From Eledone cirrhosa (Eukaryota), in NCBI GenBank assembly GCA_964016885.1, contig OZ024746.1:78244001-78308000 (forward strand): 64,000 nt of DNA, written 5' to 3'. Made by a program: the position numbers and the translations under genes. Below, one piece after another: positions 26,646 through 40,691 of the stretch (position 1 is the stretch's first letter; every line of letters starts with the position of its first letter). The notes under the pieces are model-generated. The model worked only from the letters and a program-made list of their open reading frames with translations, made no database searches and had not been told where the DNA came from.

Positions 26646-27354
26646 AGTGCTAGAGTGATTGTGAAATGCCCAGCCAGACTGAAGAGAGTTGATTGAATTG
26701 GCAAAATTGTGAGAATGTTTGACAAAATGCTTTTTAGTATTTGTTCTGTCCTTGCTTTCTGAGTTCAAATCCTGCCGAGCTCAGCTTTACTTTCCATCCT
26801 TCGAGGGCGTCGATAAAATAAAGCACCAAACAAGCAATGGGGTCAGCATAATTGACTTACCTCAGCTTCTAAAATTTCTGGCCATGTGTCTAAAGGAGAA
26901 ATTATTATATTCCTTACTTCCTCTCTAACCCCACTCCCTCACATATCCTTCTCATCACCATCACCACTCCTAAATACAGAAGCGATTATTCTCCTTTAAT
27001 GACCAATGGTCGAAAATGAATGAAGAAAATCTGTTAAAATAAGATTAGAGAAATTAAGACCCCTCCCCCCCCCCCTCTCTCTCTCTAACACAAACACACT
27101 GTCATGTATGTGTGTGTATATGTATGTATGTATGTGTATATATATATATATATGTACATACATATATATATGTACATACATATATTTATGTACATACATA
27201 TATATATATGTACATGTATATGTACATATATGTGTGTATATAAATATATATGTATATATGTATGTATACATATATTTATGTATGTATATATATGTGTATG
27301 TGTATATATATATATATATGTAAATGTATGTGTCTGTATGTGTATGTACGTGTG

Positions 27355-27404
<50 letters not shown>

Positions 27405-27434
27405 GTGTGTGTGTGTACATATATGTGTATGTAC

Positions 27435-27496
<62 letters not shown>

Positions 27497-27634
27497 ACAT
27501 ATATATATATATATGTGTGTGTGTCTGTGTGTATATATATATATATATATATACTCACACAAACACACATATATATGTGTGTGTGTGTATGTATATATAC
27601 ATACTTGTATATATGTGTGTATGTGTAAGTGTGC

Positions 27635-27712
<78 letters not shown>

Positions 27713-27846
27713 CTGTGTGTGTGTGTATGTATATATACATACTTGTATATATGTGTGTGTGTGTGTGTGTGTATGTATATATACATACTTGTATATATGT
27801 GTGTATGTGTACATGTATATATCTATATATATATATATATATATAT

Positions 27847-28044
27847 AACAAAGGAAGTGTGGTAAGGAACCAGATGGACCATAACGCACCAGAGTACTCA
27901 ATACTTAGGGTAGTAGAGTGGGAAATAGGAAAAAGTATGACCCCGACGGCAGAGCTCAAGCCGTTTCGATGGCTATTTCTGGAGTCCAGAAATAGCCAGT
28001 CGAAACGGCTTGAGAGCTGCCGTCGGGGTCATACTTTTTCCTAT
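27847..28044. mobile_element. PLE-like terminal repeat (family H4) with a ~59-bp fold-back centred on hammerhead stem II
   Basis: 27925-27983 is nearly the reverse complement of 27985-28044; both strands carry GAAACGGC...GCCGTC. Confidence 0.8.
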
Positions 28045-28201
28045 ATATATATATATATATATATACATACAGTATATATATATGTATGTATGTGTGTATA
28101 TAATATATGTATGTGTATATATATATATATATATATATGTACACACACACACACACACATATATATACTTACGTGTATATATAATTATCTATGTATGTGT
28201 G

Positions 28202-28252
<51 letters not shown>

Positions 28253-28254
<2 letters not shown>

Positions 28255-28444
28255 GTTATTCCGGGTTGAATCAGAGGTAACCACAGTAAGTAAGGTACTC
28301 AATACATAGCAGAGTATAAAAGTTTTAATATAGATGAGATTCTACAGGACTAGAACTGTTTCATTCTTTAGAAATCATCAGATTCCTGATGATTTCTAAA
28401 GAATGAAACAGTTCTAGTCCTGTAGAATCTCATCTATATTAAAA

Positions 28445-28447
<3 letters not shown>
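28253..28447. mobile_element. PLE-like terminal repeat (family H1) with a perfect ~62-bp fold-back
   Basis: 28320-28381 is the reverse complement of 28386-28447 with a 4-nt loop; embedded in (TA)n. Confidence 0.85.
28380..28430 (+). ncRNA. Structurally complete type I hammerhead ribozyme
   Basis: AGATTC-CTGATGA-T-TTC(TAAA)GAA-T-GAAA-CAG(TTCTAGTC)CTG-TA^GAATCT: 6-bp stem I, short stem II, 4-bp stem III, GUA cleavage after 28424. Confidence 0.8.
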
Positions 28448-28484
<37 letters not shown>

Positions 28485-28744
28485 GTGTGTGTATGTGTGT
28501 ATATATGTAGATAGATAGAGAGAGAGAGAGAGAGATGGTTGGTTTGTGAGTGAGCGGGTGAGGGTAGATCTGGAGAATACACCATGATTAGTGGTGGGAG
28601 TAGGGGGTGCTTTTGTTGTGTGGTCAGGTCATTTTAACTGTTTATTGGCAGTAATAGCAATTAGGCTTGAGAGCTGGCAGTAATCAATGAGAGTGAAGTC
28701 TGGCAGAAGAGAAGATCATTTGCTTTCCTCCCTCTTCTTCTTCA

Positions 28745-28776
<32 letters not shown>

Positions 28777-29049
28777 AATGACACCCTTCTCACTACTTCC
28801 ACCCCCAACCCTACACACACAAGCATTGATTTGTGAACATCTGTTTAATCACATGAAAGTAAGATTCAATGTGAACTTGACAGTATGTCTGATATATATA
28901 TATATATATAAATATATATATGTGTGTGGGTGTAATATATATATGTATATATATATATATATATATGCATGTGTGTGTATATATATATATATATATATGT
29001 ATATGTATATAGATAGATATGTGTATATATGTGTCTCTATGTGTGTGTG

Positions 29050-29116
<67 letters not shown>

Positions 29117-29267
29117 ATATGTATAGATATGTGGGTGTAATATATATATGTATATATATATATATATGCATGTGTGTGTATATATATATATATATGTATA
29201 TGTATATGTATAGATATGTGTATATATGTGTCTCTATGTGTATATATATATATGTGGGTGTAATATA

Positions 29268-29305
<38 letters not shown>

Positions 29306-29463
29306 TGTGTGTGTATATATATATGTATATGTATATGTATAGATATGTGTATATATGTGTCTCTATGTGTATATATATATGTATAGATATGTGTATATAT
29401 GTGTCTCTATGTGTATATATATATATATATATATATAGATATATGTGTGTGTATATATGTATG

Positions 29464-29494
<31 letters not shown>

Positions 29495-29749
29495 GTATAT
29501 GTATAGATATGTGTATATATGTGTCTCTATGTGTATATATATAGATATATGTGTCTGTATATATGTATGTATATACATATATATATATATACACGTGTGT
29601 GTATTAACACATGTATATATGTGTATGTGTGTTTATAAGCATGTGTATATATCTGTATTTGCATGTTTTGCCATCAGTCATGTTTGTACGTGTGCATGTC
29701 CACACGCATGCACAATATAGTGATATATGTGTATCAGGTGCAGTCATCA

Positions 29750-30680
29750 TGGTGGTGGTGGTGGTGGTGGTGGTAGTGGCGGTGGTGGTAGTGGCGGGGA
29801 TGTTTGTAGTGGTGGTGGTGTTGGTGGTAGTGGCGGGGATGTTTGTAGTGGTGGTGGTGTTGGTGGTAGTGGCGGGGATGTTTGTAGTGGTGGTGGTGGT
29901 GGTGGTGGTAGTGGCGGGGATGTTTGTAGTGGTGGTGGTGGTGGTGGTGGTAGTGGCGGGGATGTTTGTAGTGGTGGTGGTGGTGGTGGTGGCGATGGTG
30001 GTAGTGGCGGGGATGTTTGTAGTGGTGGTTGCAGTGGTGGTGGTGGTGGTGGCGGGGATGTTTGTAGTGGTGGTGGTGGTAGTGGCGGGGATGTTTGTAG
30101 TGGTGGTGGTGGTGGTGGTGGTGGCGATGGTGGTAGTGGCGGGGATGTTTGTAGTGGTGGTTGCAGTGGTGGTGGTGGCGGGGATGTTTGTAGTGGTGGT
30201 GGTGGTGGTGGTAGTGGCGGGGATGTTTGTAGTGGTGGTGGTGTTGGTGGTAGCGATGGTGGTAGTGGCGGGGATGTTTGTAGTGGTGGTGGTGATGGTG
30301 GTAGTGGCGGGGATGTTTGTAGTGGTGGTGGTGGTGGTGGTAGCGATGGTGGTAGTGGCGGGGATGTTTGTAGTGGTGGATGCGGTGGTGGTGGTAGTGG
30401 CGGGGATGTTTGTAGTGGTGGATGCGGTGGTGGTGGTGGTGATGGCAGTGATGGTGGTAGTGGCGGGGATGTTTGTAGTGGTGGTTGCAGTGGTGGTGAA
30501 AGTAGTGATGGTGGTGGTGTTGGTGGTAGCGACGGTGTTAGTGGTAGTGGTGGTTGTGATGGTGGTGGTGGTAGTGGTGGGGATGGTGGTAGTAGTGGTG
30601 GTGGTGGTAGCGATGGTGGTGGTGGTGATAGTAGCAATGGTAGCGGTGGTGGCGGTGGTCACAGTGGTGGTGGTGTTGGG
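29750..30680. repeat. (GTG)n minisatellite with a recurring AGTGGCGGGGATGTTTGT core
   Basis: About 18 core copies separated by variable triplet runs. Confidence 0.9.
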
Positions 30681-30897
30681 GAATGTTCTGCTTATTCATT
30701 AATGAATTGTTGCTTCTTGTGGTGACATTGCTGAGCCAGGTTTCAGGCTTTTGTTGTTGTTGTTGGTAGTGACATTGGTTTTGTTGGTGGTGCTGTTTGT
30801 ATTGGTAGGTGGTTGTTGTTGTGGGGCTGGTGGTGGTGGAAATTACCTTCTGTCATTCAAAATGCAATACTTAGTATATCCAGAAGGATACTTGCTT

Positions 30898-31285
30898 TAC
30901 TGTAATGTATTAATTGTTTATACTTTTGGCACAAGGCCAGCAATAACCCAGTGCATTACTGGTACTGTAATGTATTAATGCTGATAATTATAATTGTTTA
31001 TACTTTTGGCACAAGGCCAGCAATAACCAGTGCATTACTGGTACTGTAATGTATTAATGCTGATAATTATAATTGTTTATACTTTTGGCACAAGGCCAGC
31101 AATAAGCCAGTGCATTACTGGTACTGTAATGTATTAATGCTGATAATTATAATTGTTTATACTTTTGGCACAAGGCCAGCAATAAGCCAGTGCATTACTG
31201 GTACTGTAATGTATTAATGCTGATAATTATAATTGTTTATACTTTTGGCACAAGGCCAGCAATAAGCCAGTGCATTACTGGTACT
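30898..31285 (-). repeat. ~80-bp tandem repeat built from the S2 SINE 3' tail, 5 units
   Basis: GTACTGTAAT recurs at ~30962, 31041, 31121, 31201; the last unit continues into a full SINE. Confidence 0.9.
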
Positions 31286-31815
31286 TTATTTTATCGACCC
31301 CGTAAGGATGAAAGGCAAAGTTAACCTCGGCAGGATTTGAACTCAGTTAATAAAGGGACGTAACTCTGCTTCAAAGCATAGCGTCCGACGCTCTACCGAT
31401 ACTGCCAATCCACCGCCCCTTTGCTGATAATTATAATAATAATAATAATAATGTTTCTACTTTTGGCATAAGGTCAGCAATTACTCCAGTGTATTACTGG
31501 TACTTTATTTTATTGACCCCGTAAGGATGAAAAGTAAAGTTAACCTTGGCGGGGTTTTGATCGTAAAGCATGGTGTCTGATGCTCTGCCGATACTGCCAA
31601 ACTTTTCTATGTAGACCCCTCCCCCACATTAATGTCATAATAATAATAATTGTTTCTACTTTTGGCTCAAGGCCAGCAATTACCCAGTGCATTACTGGTT
31701 CTTTATTTTATCGACCCCGTAAGGATGAAAGGCAAAGTTAACTTTGGCGGGATTTGAACTCAGTCCGTAAAGAGACGTAACTGTACTGCAAAACATGGCG
31801 TCCGACTCTCTACCT
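31225..31815 (-). mobile_element. Three tandem S2 SINE copies
   Basis: Reverse complement of the S2 tail, core and head at ~31225-31420, 31452-31600, 31650-31815. Confidence 0.85.
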
Positions 31816-31859
<44 letters not shown>

Positions 31860-32008
31860 CTTAACAATGCAATAGATATTATTATCCAGGCCTCCTTTCA
31901 TTCATTGTCGCAAGGAAACAATCAAGAGAACGGAATTGTCTGTTAGTCTCCTGTCACTGCTGTCAGCCATTGGTGTTATTGGTGGTGCTATATGGTTACT
32001 GCACACAT

Positions 32009-32047
<39 letters not shown>

Positions 32048-32096
32048 CACACATATATATATATTCACACATACATGCATACATACATACATATAC

Positions 32097-32146
<50 letters not shown>

Positions 32147-32216
32147 TTATTTATTAAAATTATTATTATTATTACTACATACATACATACATACATACAT
32201 ACATACATACATACAT

Positions 32217-32270
<54 letters not shown>

Positions 32271-32591
32271 GAAGATATATTGGTTTCATTCTCTTATTCT
32301 CTCCTGCAAGTCAACAGTTCTTTGAAGCTGAAGGAATCTTCTTCTCTTTCTTCTTTTTCTGTTCATCTGATGTTAAATTTATAGAAGACAGCAGGAAAAA
32401 AAACAACAAAAAACAAGACAAGACAAAACAAAAAAGTATTTGAACTATCAATCAAAGTGGTCTAATTGAATGATATCTGATCATTTGGTCACTCTGCCTA
32501 CCTGTCCATTGGAATGTCCTTCTTGCACCTCCATCACCATTCTGGTCGAGATTATTGCTAAACTTTACAGTATTAGAGTAAAATATATTCT

Positions 32592-32807
32592 TTAACCCTT
32601 TAGCATTTAAACCGGCCGTATCCAGCCAGAATTCTCTCACTTCTTCCTGCTCAAACCAGCTATAACCAGCTGCTCATACTGATGTTAAGGCATTGTTCTG
32701 AAAATAAATGGTATCAAAATCTCATAGATTCGATATTATGTGAGGTAAAGCCTTTACTGTGAAAATACAATAGTATATATAGAGTAATGTAAATGCTAAA
32801 GGGTTAA
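32592..32807 (+). mobile_element. piggyBac-type MITE
   Basis: TTAA-CCCTTTAGCATTTA...TAAATGCTAAAGGG-TTAA. Confidence 0.9.
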
Positions 32808-32972
32808 GGTACATTCATGTGGTACATTAATGGTACATTAAGAGATCATGAAGAATTTGGAGGATTTACTAAAATAATAAAATATTTCATTACATAGCTT
32901 TTGAAACATAACTGAATAAAAGGTTCCTATATCAAATTTATGTTAGAAGATTTTAATTTGAATAGGAACCCT

Positions 32973-33188
32973 TTAACCCTTTAGCATTTACATTACTCTA
33001 TATTTACTATTATATTTTCACGGTAAAAGCTTTACTTCACATTATATCGAATCTATGAGATTTTAATATTATTTATTTTCAGAACAATACCTTAACATCA
33101 GTATGAGTGGCTGGTTACAGCTGGTTTGAACAGAAAGAGGTGAGATAATTCTGGTCGGATAAGGACATTTTAAATGCTAAAGGGTTAA
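32973..33188 (-). mobile_element. piggyBac-type MITE, opposite orientation
   Basis: Same TIRs and TTAA; body is the reverse complement of 32592-32807. Confidence 0.9.
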
Positions 33189-33916
33189 AATGAATGTTGT
33201 TGTTTCACAGAACCTTAACCAGTATGGTCTGGTTGGTATCAAAAAAGTTAATTTCAACTGAACAGATTTTTTTTTTTAGTCTTCTTAATTTTTTTTTTCC
33301 TTTTTTCTTTTCTTGTTGAAGGTGGATTATTTTGCTTCAGTTTAACATGTCATTAGCTTTGTATAAAGTGGTTAACTGGATAATCTTCTGGAATTGAATG
33401 GAAAGGCGGCAACGTTGGTTAGATAAAGAGTTTGTATCTAAGATCAAGACTTATGATTCTTTCCTTGGGGCTACCAAGGAATGAACTCATCGTTACTAAT
33501 CCACTGTTTAATCCACTAACTAATCCTACCACCATTTCAGTAAACTACCATCTTGTAACTCACAATTTGGTTGGGGTTTCACATATTGTTATATATTGGT
33601 CACTTGAATGTAGGATTAGAAAGGTAAGAGGAGGAGCAGATTTGTTTCATTTCGTAATCACTGCATGGAAAATAGACGTTAAATGGTGATGATGATGATG
33701 ATAATGATGATGCCATCATCATTATCATCATCATCATCATTGTCATCATCATTATTTGTATCGTCATCATTGTTATCATCACCACCATTATCACCATCAT
33801 CTAAATTTCCTAAGTCTCTTCTGGTCCTCTCACACATGTATAAAGGTTTATAGATGACATACATGCTTCCATGTCTACAAAAATCCCAAACATATATACT
33901 ATATTATAATATATAT

Positions 33917-34260
33917 CATCATCATCATCATCATCATCACCGTTTTATGTCCGTTCTTCCACGCTAGCATGGGTTAGGCGGGTTGTCCTGTTGTAGGCAG
34001 TGTCCAGTTGGCTGACCTTGTCTTGCTCATACAGGAACTGATTCTGGCTTGATTTCTACAGCTGGATGCCCTTCCTAACACCAACCTCATTTACAGTGAG
34101 TGCTGGGTGCTTTTTTGCCGTGGCGCCTACACGTCCACTTTACAGTGTGGGCTGGGTGCTTTTTTGCCGTGGCGCCTACACGTCCACTTTACAGTGTGGG
34201 CTGGGTGCTTTTTTGCTGTGGCACCTCCACGACCACTTTGCAGTGGGAGGGGCTGGGGAC
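33917..34260 (-). mobile_element. RTE family A 3'UTR fragment with one extra ~50-bp module
   Basis: Matches 5786-6070 and 50540-50820; GCTGGGTGCTTTTTTGCCGTGGCGCCTACACGTCCACTTTACAGTGTGG duplicated. Confidence 0.85.
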
Positions 34261-34389
34261 ATATATATATATATATAGTATAAACAAATGTCATACACTA
34301 AACATGTATGGGTGGCCATTGGTTTTAGGGTCCAATTATGGCTACTGCTGTATATTGGAGGAGGTACACACATACAAATTAATTACATT

Positions 34390-34685
34390 TTTACCTGTGT
34401 GCAGGTGAAACTCCTGTTAACAAAACTCACTATTTAGTCATAATAAATGAATATTTAAACTCTTCTTTGGTATTGAGTAGTCTTTTTTTCTCACTGGTCA
34501 GCTACAATACATATATATATCTTTACAATAGTAATATAGTAATGGCGCCAACATAAAGATAGAAGTAGTGTGAGAGATATTTGAAATGGAGAGGGTCTTT
34601 TGTTGGGATTTTACAAATTACTATTTTAAATATATATATATGTAGCTGATCAGTGAGAAAAAAAGAGTACTCAATACCAAAATAG
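34390..34685. mobile_element. PLE-like remnant with ~41-bp inverted repeats and a partial hammerhead
   Basis: 34466-34506 is nearly the reverse complement of 34641-34681; upstream ACCTG(TGTG)CAGGT-GAAAC-TCCT-GTT lacks CUGAUGA. Confidence 0.5.
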
Positions 34686-35191
34686 AGATCAAATCCTGCC
34701 GTGGTCAACTTTGCCTTTCAACCTTTCAAGGTTGATAAAAAAAAAAGTACCAGTCCAGTACTGGGGTCGATTCTTCCTCTATAGAAAAAAATCGGCTGTG
34801 TTCAGACTTGTAGAGGGTTGGGCTCCGCCAGGTTTAAAAGTGTCCTTGACACGCCGTATGACGGTGACTCTACAACTCCACATGGAGTTATGGAATCTTT
34901 ATCCTTTATTACATCTACATACACACATATACACACATGTATAGAGATATTTGAAAATATGTTAGGTAACTTTGTCATGTTGGTTCCTTTGAAAACTTTC
35001 AAGAATTTTTCAATATTTTTTTTTAAATCCTGGATTAGGATTAAAACTCAATCATATGAAGGTTTTATTTATTTTTATTTTATTCTATTTTATTTTATTT
35101 TAATTTTGTCTTAGCAGGAGGTTCTAACAGAGCTGGATATGTCCTACCTTTAAACATGAGTGAAATACATTTGAAATGCTAAAGATTATTC

Positions 35192-35241
<50 letters not shown>

Positions 35242-35291
35242 CATATGTGTATATATATATATATATGCACACACATATTTTTCTGTGTGTG

Positions 35292-35326
<35 letters not shown>

Positions 35327-36068
35327 ACACAAATGAAATGTAAACTTGTAGATGTCTTGTTTTAAATCCTAATCTATACTTAAGGAGACTGTGTCTAATC
35401 CTGTTTAAACTAGAACAGAAATGGTTGATGTTGGTGGTAGTGATGTTGGTGGTAGTGATGTTGATGGTAGTGATGTTGATGGTAGTGATATACAGGTGGT
35501 AGTGACGTTGATAGTGATGCAGATGCTTATTATTATGATAAAAGGCATTATGTCTACAAATCTGTTACTTGCATGTGCATGCACACAGACACATACACAC
35601 ACAAATACATACACACACTAATACATACACACACAAATTTGTTGACTCGTGCATATTCATCTTTATATACATGCATACACACACATGCACTTATAGAGAC
35701 ATGCACATATACACACACACTATTGCCTGATGTTTTACAGTTGGTCACAGCACTTTGAACTACACAGCATTCTCCTCTTTAATTCAAATCCCTCCATGGC
35801 TATAAGCAATGTCTCTGTTGACAGTTAAAGATGGTATTCAGTCAATGATGAAACACTGACACTGGATTGAATCTAGTCTACTAAAAATAATTCCCTCTCA
35901 AATGTCTAGCACTTTATTCAGTAGGTAATAGTGTCAGGCTTGTAGGATAGAATTTAAATATCTGGTATAAAGTCAAGGTATCATCATCATCATGATTCTC
36001 ATTATAATTTAACGTTTGTTTTCTCTGCTGGCGAAGATTGGATGGGTTGTTACAGACCAATCCAGTAC

Positions 36069-36365
36069 TTAACATTTTAGCATTTTTTATATTACTCTAT
36101 ATTTACTTTTGTATTGTCATGGTAAAGGCTTTATCTCACATAATATCAAATCTATGAGATTTTGATATTATTTGTTTTGAGAACCACTTTCACTGTCCAA
36201 ACCAGCTGTAACTGGCTGATCATGCTTATGTTGCGGTATTGTTCTCAAAATAAATAATATCAAAATCTCATAGATTCAATATTTTGTGAGATAATTTTGT
36301 GAGGTAAAGCCTTTACCATGAAAATATAATAGCAAATATAGAGTAATGTAAATCATAAAGGGTTA
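36069..36365 (-). mobile_element. Rearranged piggyBac-type MITE(s)
   Basis: Two partial inverted MITE bodies; degenerate TIRs. Confidence 0.65.
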
Positions 36366-36479
36366 CGAAGTCATGTGTTTATTGAGAACTCAACCACTTA
36401 CATGTTAATTCACCAGCTGGACATCCAATTGATTGAAGAACTTAATGAGCATTGTTGAAGAACAACAAATGATAATAAG

Positions 36480-37067
36480 GGTTTCTGATTTAGGCTCAAG
36501 ACCGATATTTTTTGAGGGGAGGGGAAAGTTGATTAAATTGACCCCAGTGCATTACTGTCACTTTATTTTATTGACCCTGTAAGGATAAAAGGCAACCTAA
36601 CCTCAGTGTGATTTGAACTCAGAACATAAAGGGACGTAACTATATGCTGCCAACCAACTAATAATGATTTCTAATTTAGACACAAATTAGGTAGAAGGTC
36701 AAAGTTGATTAAATCAACCACAGTATTTGACTGGTACTTGATTTTATTGATCCCAGAAGGATGAAAGGTAAAGTTGACCTCCATGGGATTTAAACTTATA
36801 GTGTAAAATAACAATGGCATTTTATCCAGCATTCTACCAATTCTGCCAACCCACCATCCTCTCAACAAGAAATTATTATAATTGTTTCTACTTTTGGCAC
36901 AAGGCCATCAATTATCCCAGTGCATTACTGATGCTTTATTTTATCGACCCCGTAAGGATGAAAGGCAAAGTTAACTTTGGCAGGATTTGAACTCAGAACG
37001 CAAAGGGCCATAACTCTATGCTGCAAAGCATGGTGTCCAACGCTCTACCGATACTGCCAATTCACCA
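36480..37067 (-). mobile_element. Three S2 SINE copies of varying age
   Basis: GGATGAAAGGCAAAGTTAAC...GGATTTGAACTCAG motifs. Confidence 0.8.
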
Positions 37068-37466
37068 TGTAGGGTATAGACTAAAATGGAAACTGATAGT
37101 CCGTCCCTTCTATCAGCTTTCAGTAGTAAACCTATTATTGTTTTAATAGAGGGAAATTATCTCTATTGATCCTAATAGTGAGCGGCATGTGTGTTAGAAT
37201 TATTGATGTGTGTGGCAAGGAGAAAGGGAAATATGAGTAGATGGTAGGGAAGTGGCATTTGAATTGATATATTATCTTGTACTTGTTGGGGGTGAAGGCA
37301 TGTGGTCTAGAGGGTAGGGTGTTGGACTGATGATCTAGAGGGTAGGGTGTTGGACTGATGATCATAAGTTTGTGGGTTTGATTCCCGGACCAGGTAGCGT
37401 GTTGTATTCTTGAGCTAAATACTTTATTTCACATTGCTTTTCATGATAGGACTGGAACCTCTATCA

Positions 37467-37682
37467 TTAACCCTTTAGCATTTAAACTGGCCGTATCTGG
37501 CCAGAATTATCTCACCTCTTTCTGTTCAAACTGGCAGTAACCGGCTGCTCAAACTTATGTTAAGGTATTGTTCTCAAAATAAATAATATCAAAATCTCAT
37601 AGATTTGATATTATGTGAGGTAAAGCCTTTACCCTGAAAATATAATAGTAAATATAAAGTAATGTAAATTATAGAGGGTTAA
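37467..37682 (+). mobile_element. piggyBac-type MITE inserted in a tRNA SINE (SINE from ~37275)
   Basis: TTAA-CCCTTTAGCATTTA ... ATAGAGGG-TTAA; the host SINE head has a 29-bp internal duplication. Confidence 0.85.
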
Positions 37683-38354
37683 AACAGCTGATAAATCTCA
37701 TATGAGATACAATGTTATATAAGTCTGGCTAAACCTGCAGAGGTGTGAACTGTAACATGATAGTGCTGTGACCCCTGTGACCCCTACCATTAAAATACCC
37801 AAGAAACTTTTTTAAATGTTACCTTTAATTTTTTTATATTAACTCCATTTCACAGAAGCCTTTTTTTTATTTATTTAAAACATTTTTTTTTTTTTTAGTA
37901 AAGTGGGATATAATTATATCATGATAATGGTGATAATAGTCATGTTGATGATGATGATGGTGGTGTTGGAGGAGGTTGTGGGGGTGCAGTTGGTGATATT
38001 GATGATAATATTAATGGTGATGTTGATAACTATAGTGGTGGAGTGGGGTGGTGTTGATGTATTTCTGGTGATGACCATGGTGGTGGGGGTTATGTTTGTA
38101 ATGACAGTGTTAGCGATGGTGGTGGTGGTGGTGGCTGTGGTTGCAGTTGCAGTTGGTGACGCATTATTCTCATGCCATCATCATTTTCAAAAGTGGTGTG
38201 GCTGTGTGTGTGTGGCTGGGGGTTGGTGCTGCTATTAATTGCATGAGCTCACAGTTAATTCATAGCAAGTCAATCAATAAAGTTAGATGCATCGCTTGCA
38301 AAACTGTCAATATGCACTGTTGTTTTAATTTACTCAAAGTGCATCAACCAGAGA

Positions 38355-38645
38355 ATGAGAGAGAGAGAGAGATATTGCAATAGAGAGAGAGATATTACAA
38401 TAGAGAGAGATATATATTGCAATAGAGAGAGCTAGAGAGGGAGCGAGAGAGAGAGATATTGCAATAGAGAGAGATTTATATTGCAATAGAGAGAGATATA
38501 TATTGCAATAGATATATATATATTGCAATAGAGAGAGGTAGGGAGAGAGAGAGAGATATTGCAATAGAGAGAGGTAGAGAGAGAGGGAGAGAGAGAGATA
38601 TTGCAATAGAGATAGATAGATTGCAAGAGGGAGAGAGAGAGAGAG
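38355..38645. repeat. (GA)n array punctuated by the palindrome TATTGCAATA
   Basis: About 9-10 copies of ATATTGCAATAG with (GA)n linkers. Confidence 0.85.
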
Positions 38646-39170
38646 GTATGTATCAAATGAAAGAGATTACATCTGGTCTGTGTTGCTACAAATTGTTTTC
38701 ATTGTTCATTTTCATTCTTTTATTTTCTGGTTCTTTTACTGTAATGGCACGTGACCTAGTGGTTAGAGGGTTTGACTCTCGACCATCTGGTCATGGGTTC
38801 AATTCCTGGACCAGGCAGTGCATTGTGTTCTTGAACGTGACGCTTCATTTCACATTGCGTTTCATAACAGGACATGGGGTTAATGGGTGTTTTGTTATTA
38901 GCCTTAGCTCATAAACAGGGTTTGATTTTTACCTGTTTGTCAGACATAAAACAGGGATTTGGCTTATATTCAAATAGATACAGTGTGCGTGTGTGTGTGT
39001 ATATATATCCAACCCACACTGTAAATGTGTGTTGGTATTAGGAAGGGTATCCAGCCATAGAAATCTAGCCAGAAACAGTCCTATATGAGTAAGATCCAAC
39101 ATGCTTCTGATGGGACAAGCCGTCTAACCCATGCTAACGTGGAAAATGGACATTAAATGATGATGACGAC

Positions 39171-39223
<53 letters not shown>

Positions 39224-39372
39224 ATATATATCGACAGTTGATCGACATTCGTCAAATCGGACCGAGGAAACAATGTTTCCATTGGTCTTGCCAATTGCTA
39301 ATACTATCTATCGGTTGCAACTCCAGATAGAAAGAGCAACGTGAAATAAAGTATCTTGCCACATGTATATAT

Positions 39373-39418
<46 letters not shown>

Positions 39419-39871
39419 CGCGCACACGTTTCTGCAGTTTCTGTCCACCAAGTTTCATTTACAAGGCATTAGTCAACCCGAGTCTGTAGTAGAGGAGAAC
39501 ACACATGCAGCAGTAGTGAACCAGAAAGCTCATGTAACTGTAAAACAAGCTCCCTAACCACATAGCCACCATGCCAGCACCTATTATAACTTTGTACTAT
39601 TTTTACTTCTTCATCATGTGCTTTCTTTCACTTCATTCATCTCAAATGACAGCAGTTAAAGCAACATTGGTAGTCTAGCTGCGGTCAGTCTTGTTTTCTT
39701 TAGACTAGTTTTTCCTATGAATTTCAAGTGTCCTTTTCTTGACCATGCTTGTTATGAGAGAGAAACCATTTATATGTGTGTATAAAGTATGTGTGAATAT
39801 ATATATATATACATACACACACACATATATATATATATTTATATATATATATTTATATATAGTTATATATA

Positions 39872-39982
<111 letters not shown>

Positions 39983-40023
39983 GTGTGTGTGTGTGTGCAT
40001 ATGCGTGTGTTTGTATTTGTATG

Positions 40024-40059
<36 letters not shown>

Positions 40060-40092
40060 TGTGTGTATAACATCATTGTTGTGTTACACAGC

Positions 40093-40125
<33 letters not shown>

Positions 40126-40201
40126 TATCTTTTAATGTTAACTCCCAACAAGGACAAGGAGCTCTTTTTAATTGGAAGAGAGAGAGAGAGAGGGGGGATA
40201 G

Positions 40202-40280
<79 letters not shown>

Positions 40281-40584
40281 AAGAGAGTTTCTCAACAGTT
40301 TTTAAACATAAAAAAAAAAAATCTAACGACCCTTTCCCAGGACATAATGGCCCTTTTGAAGAAAAACTCTGCAAAGTGCTTTGTTTACAGTCTTGAAGAA
40401 GTTCTTGCTTCTGCTGCCATATCGGTAGAATGCACAAGAAAAGGCCTCAATACAATGTGGCTCCTAATGTCCACTTATCAAGTCCTTTCTCAGATATCAT
40501 TGGCTGCAGCCATTCTTGCTATTGTTGTTGTTACAGTGAATATAAACTGCTTGCTATCTTGCAATCTCTCTCTCTCTCAATCTC

Positions 40585-40691
<107 letters not shown>

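Noticed and set aside
29604-30725. Mucin-like (TTTTNIPA)n, Gly-rich and Pro-rich ORFs
   Set aside because: Four frames are open because the array is built from GTG triplets; no signal peptide, splice sites or unique coding flanks, and the ORFs run into TA/CA microsatellite.
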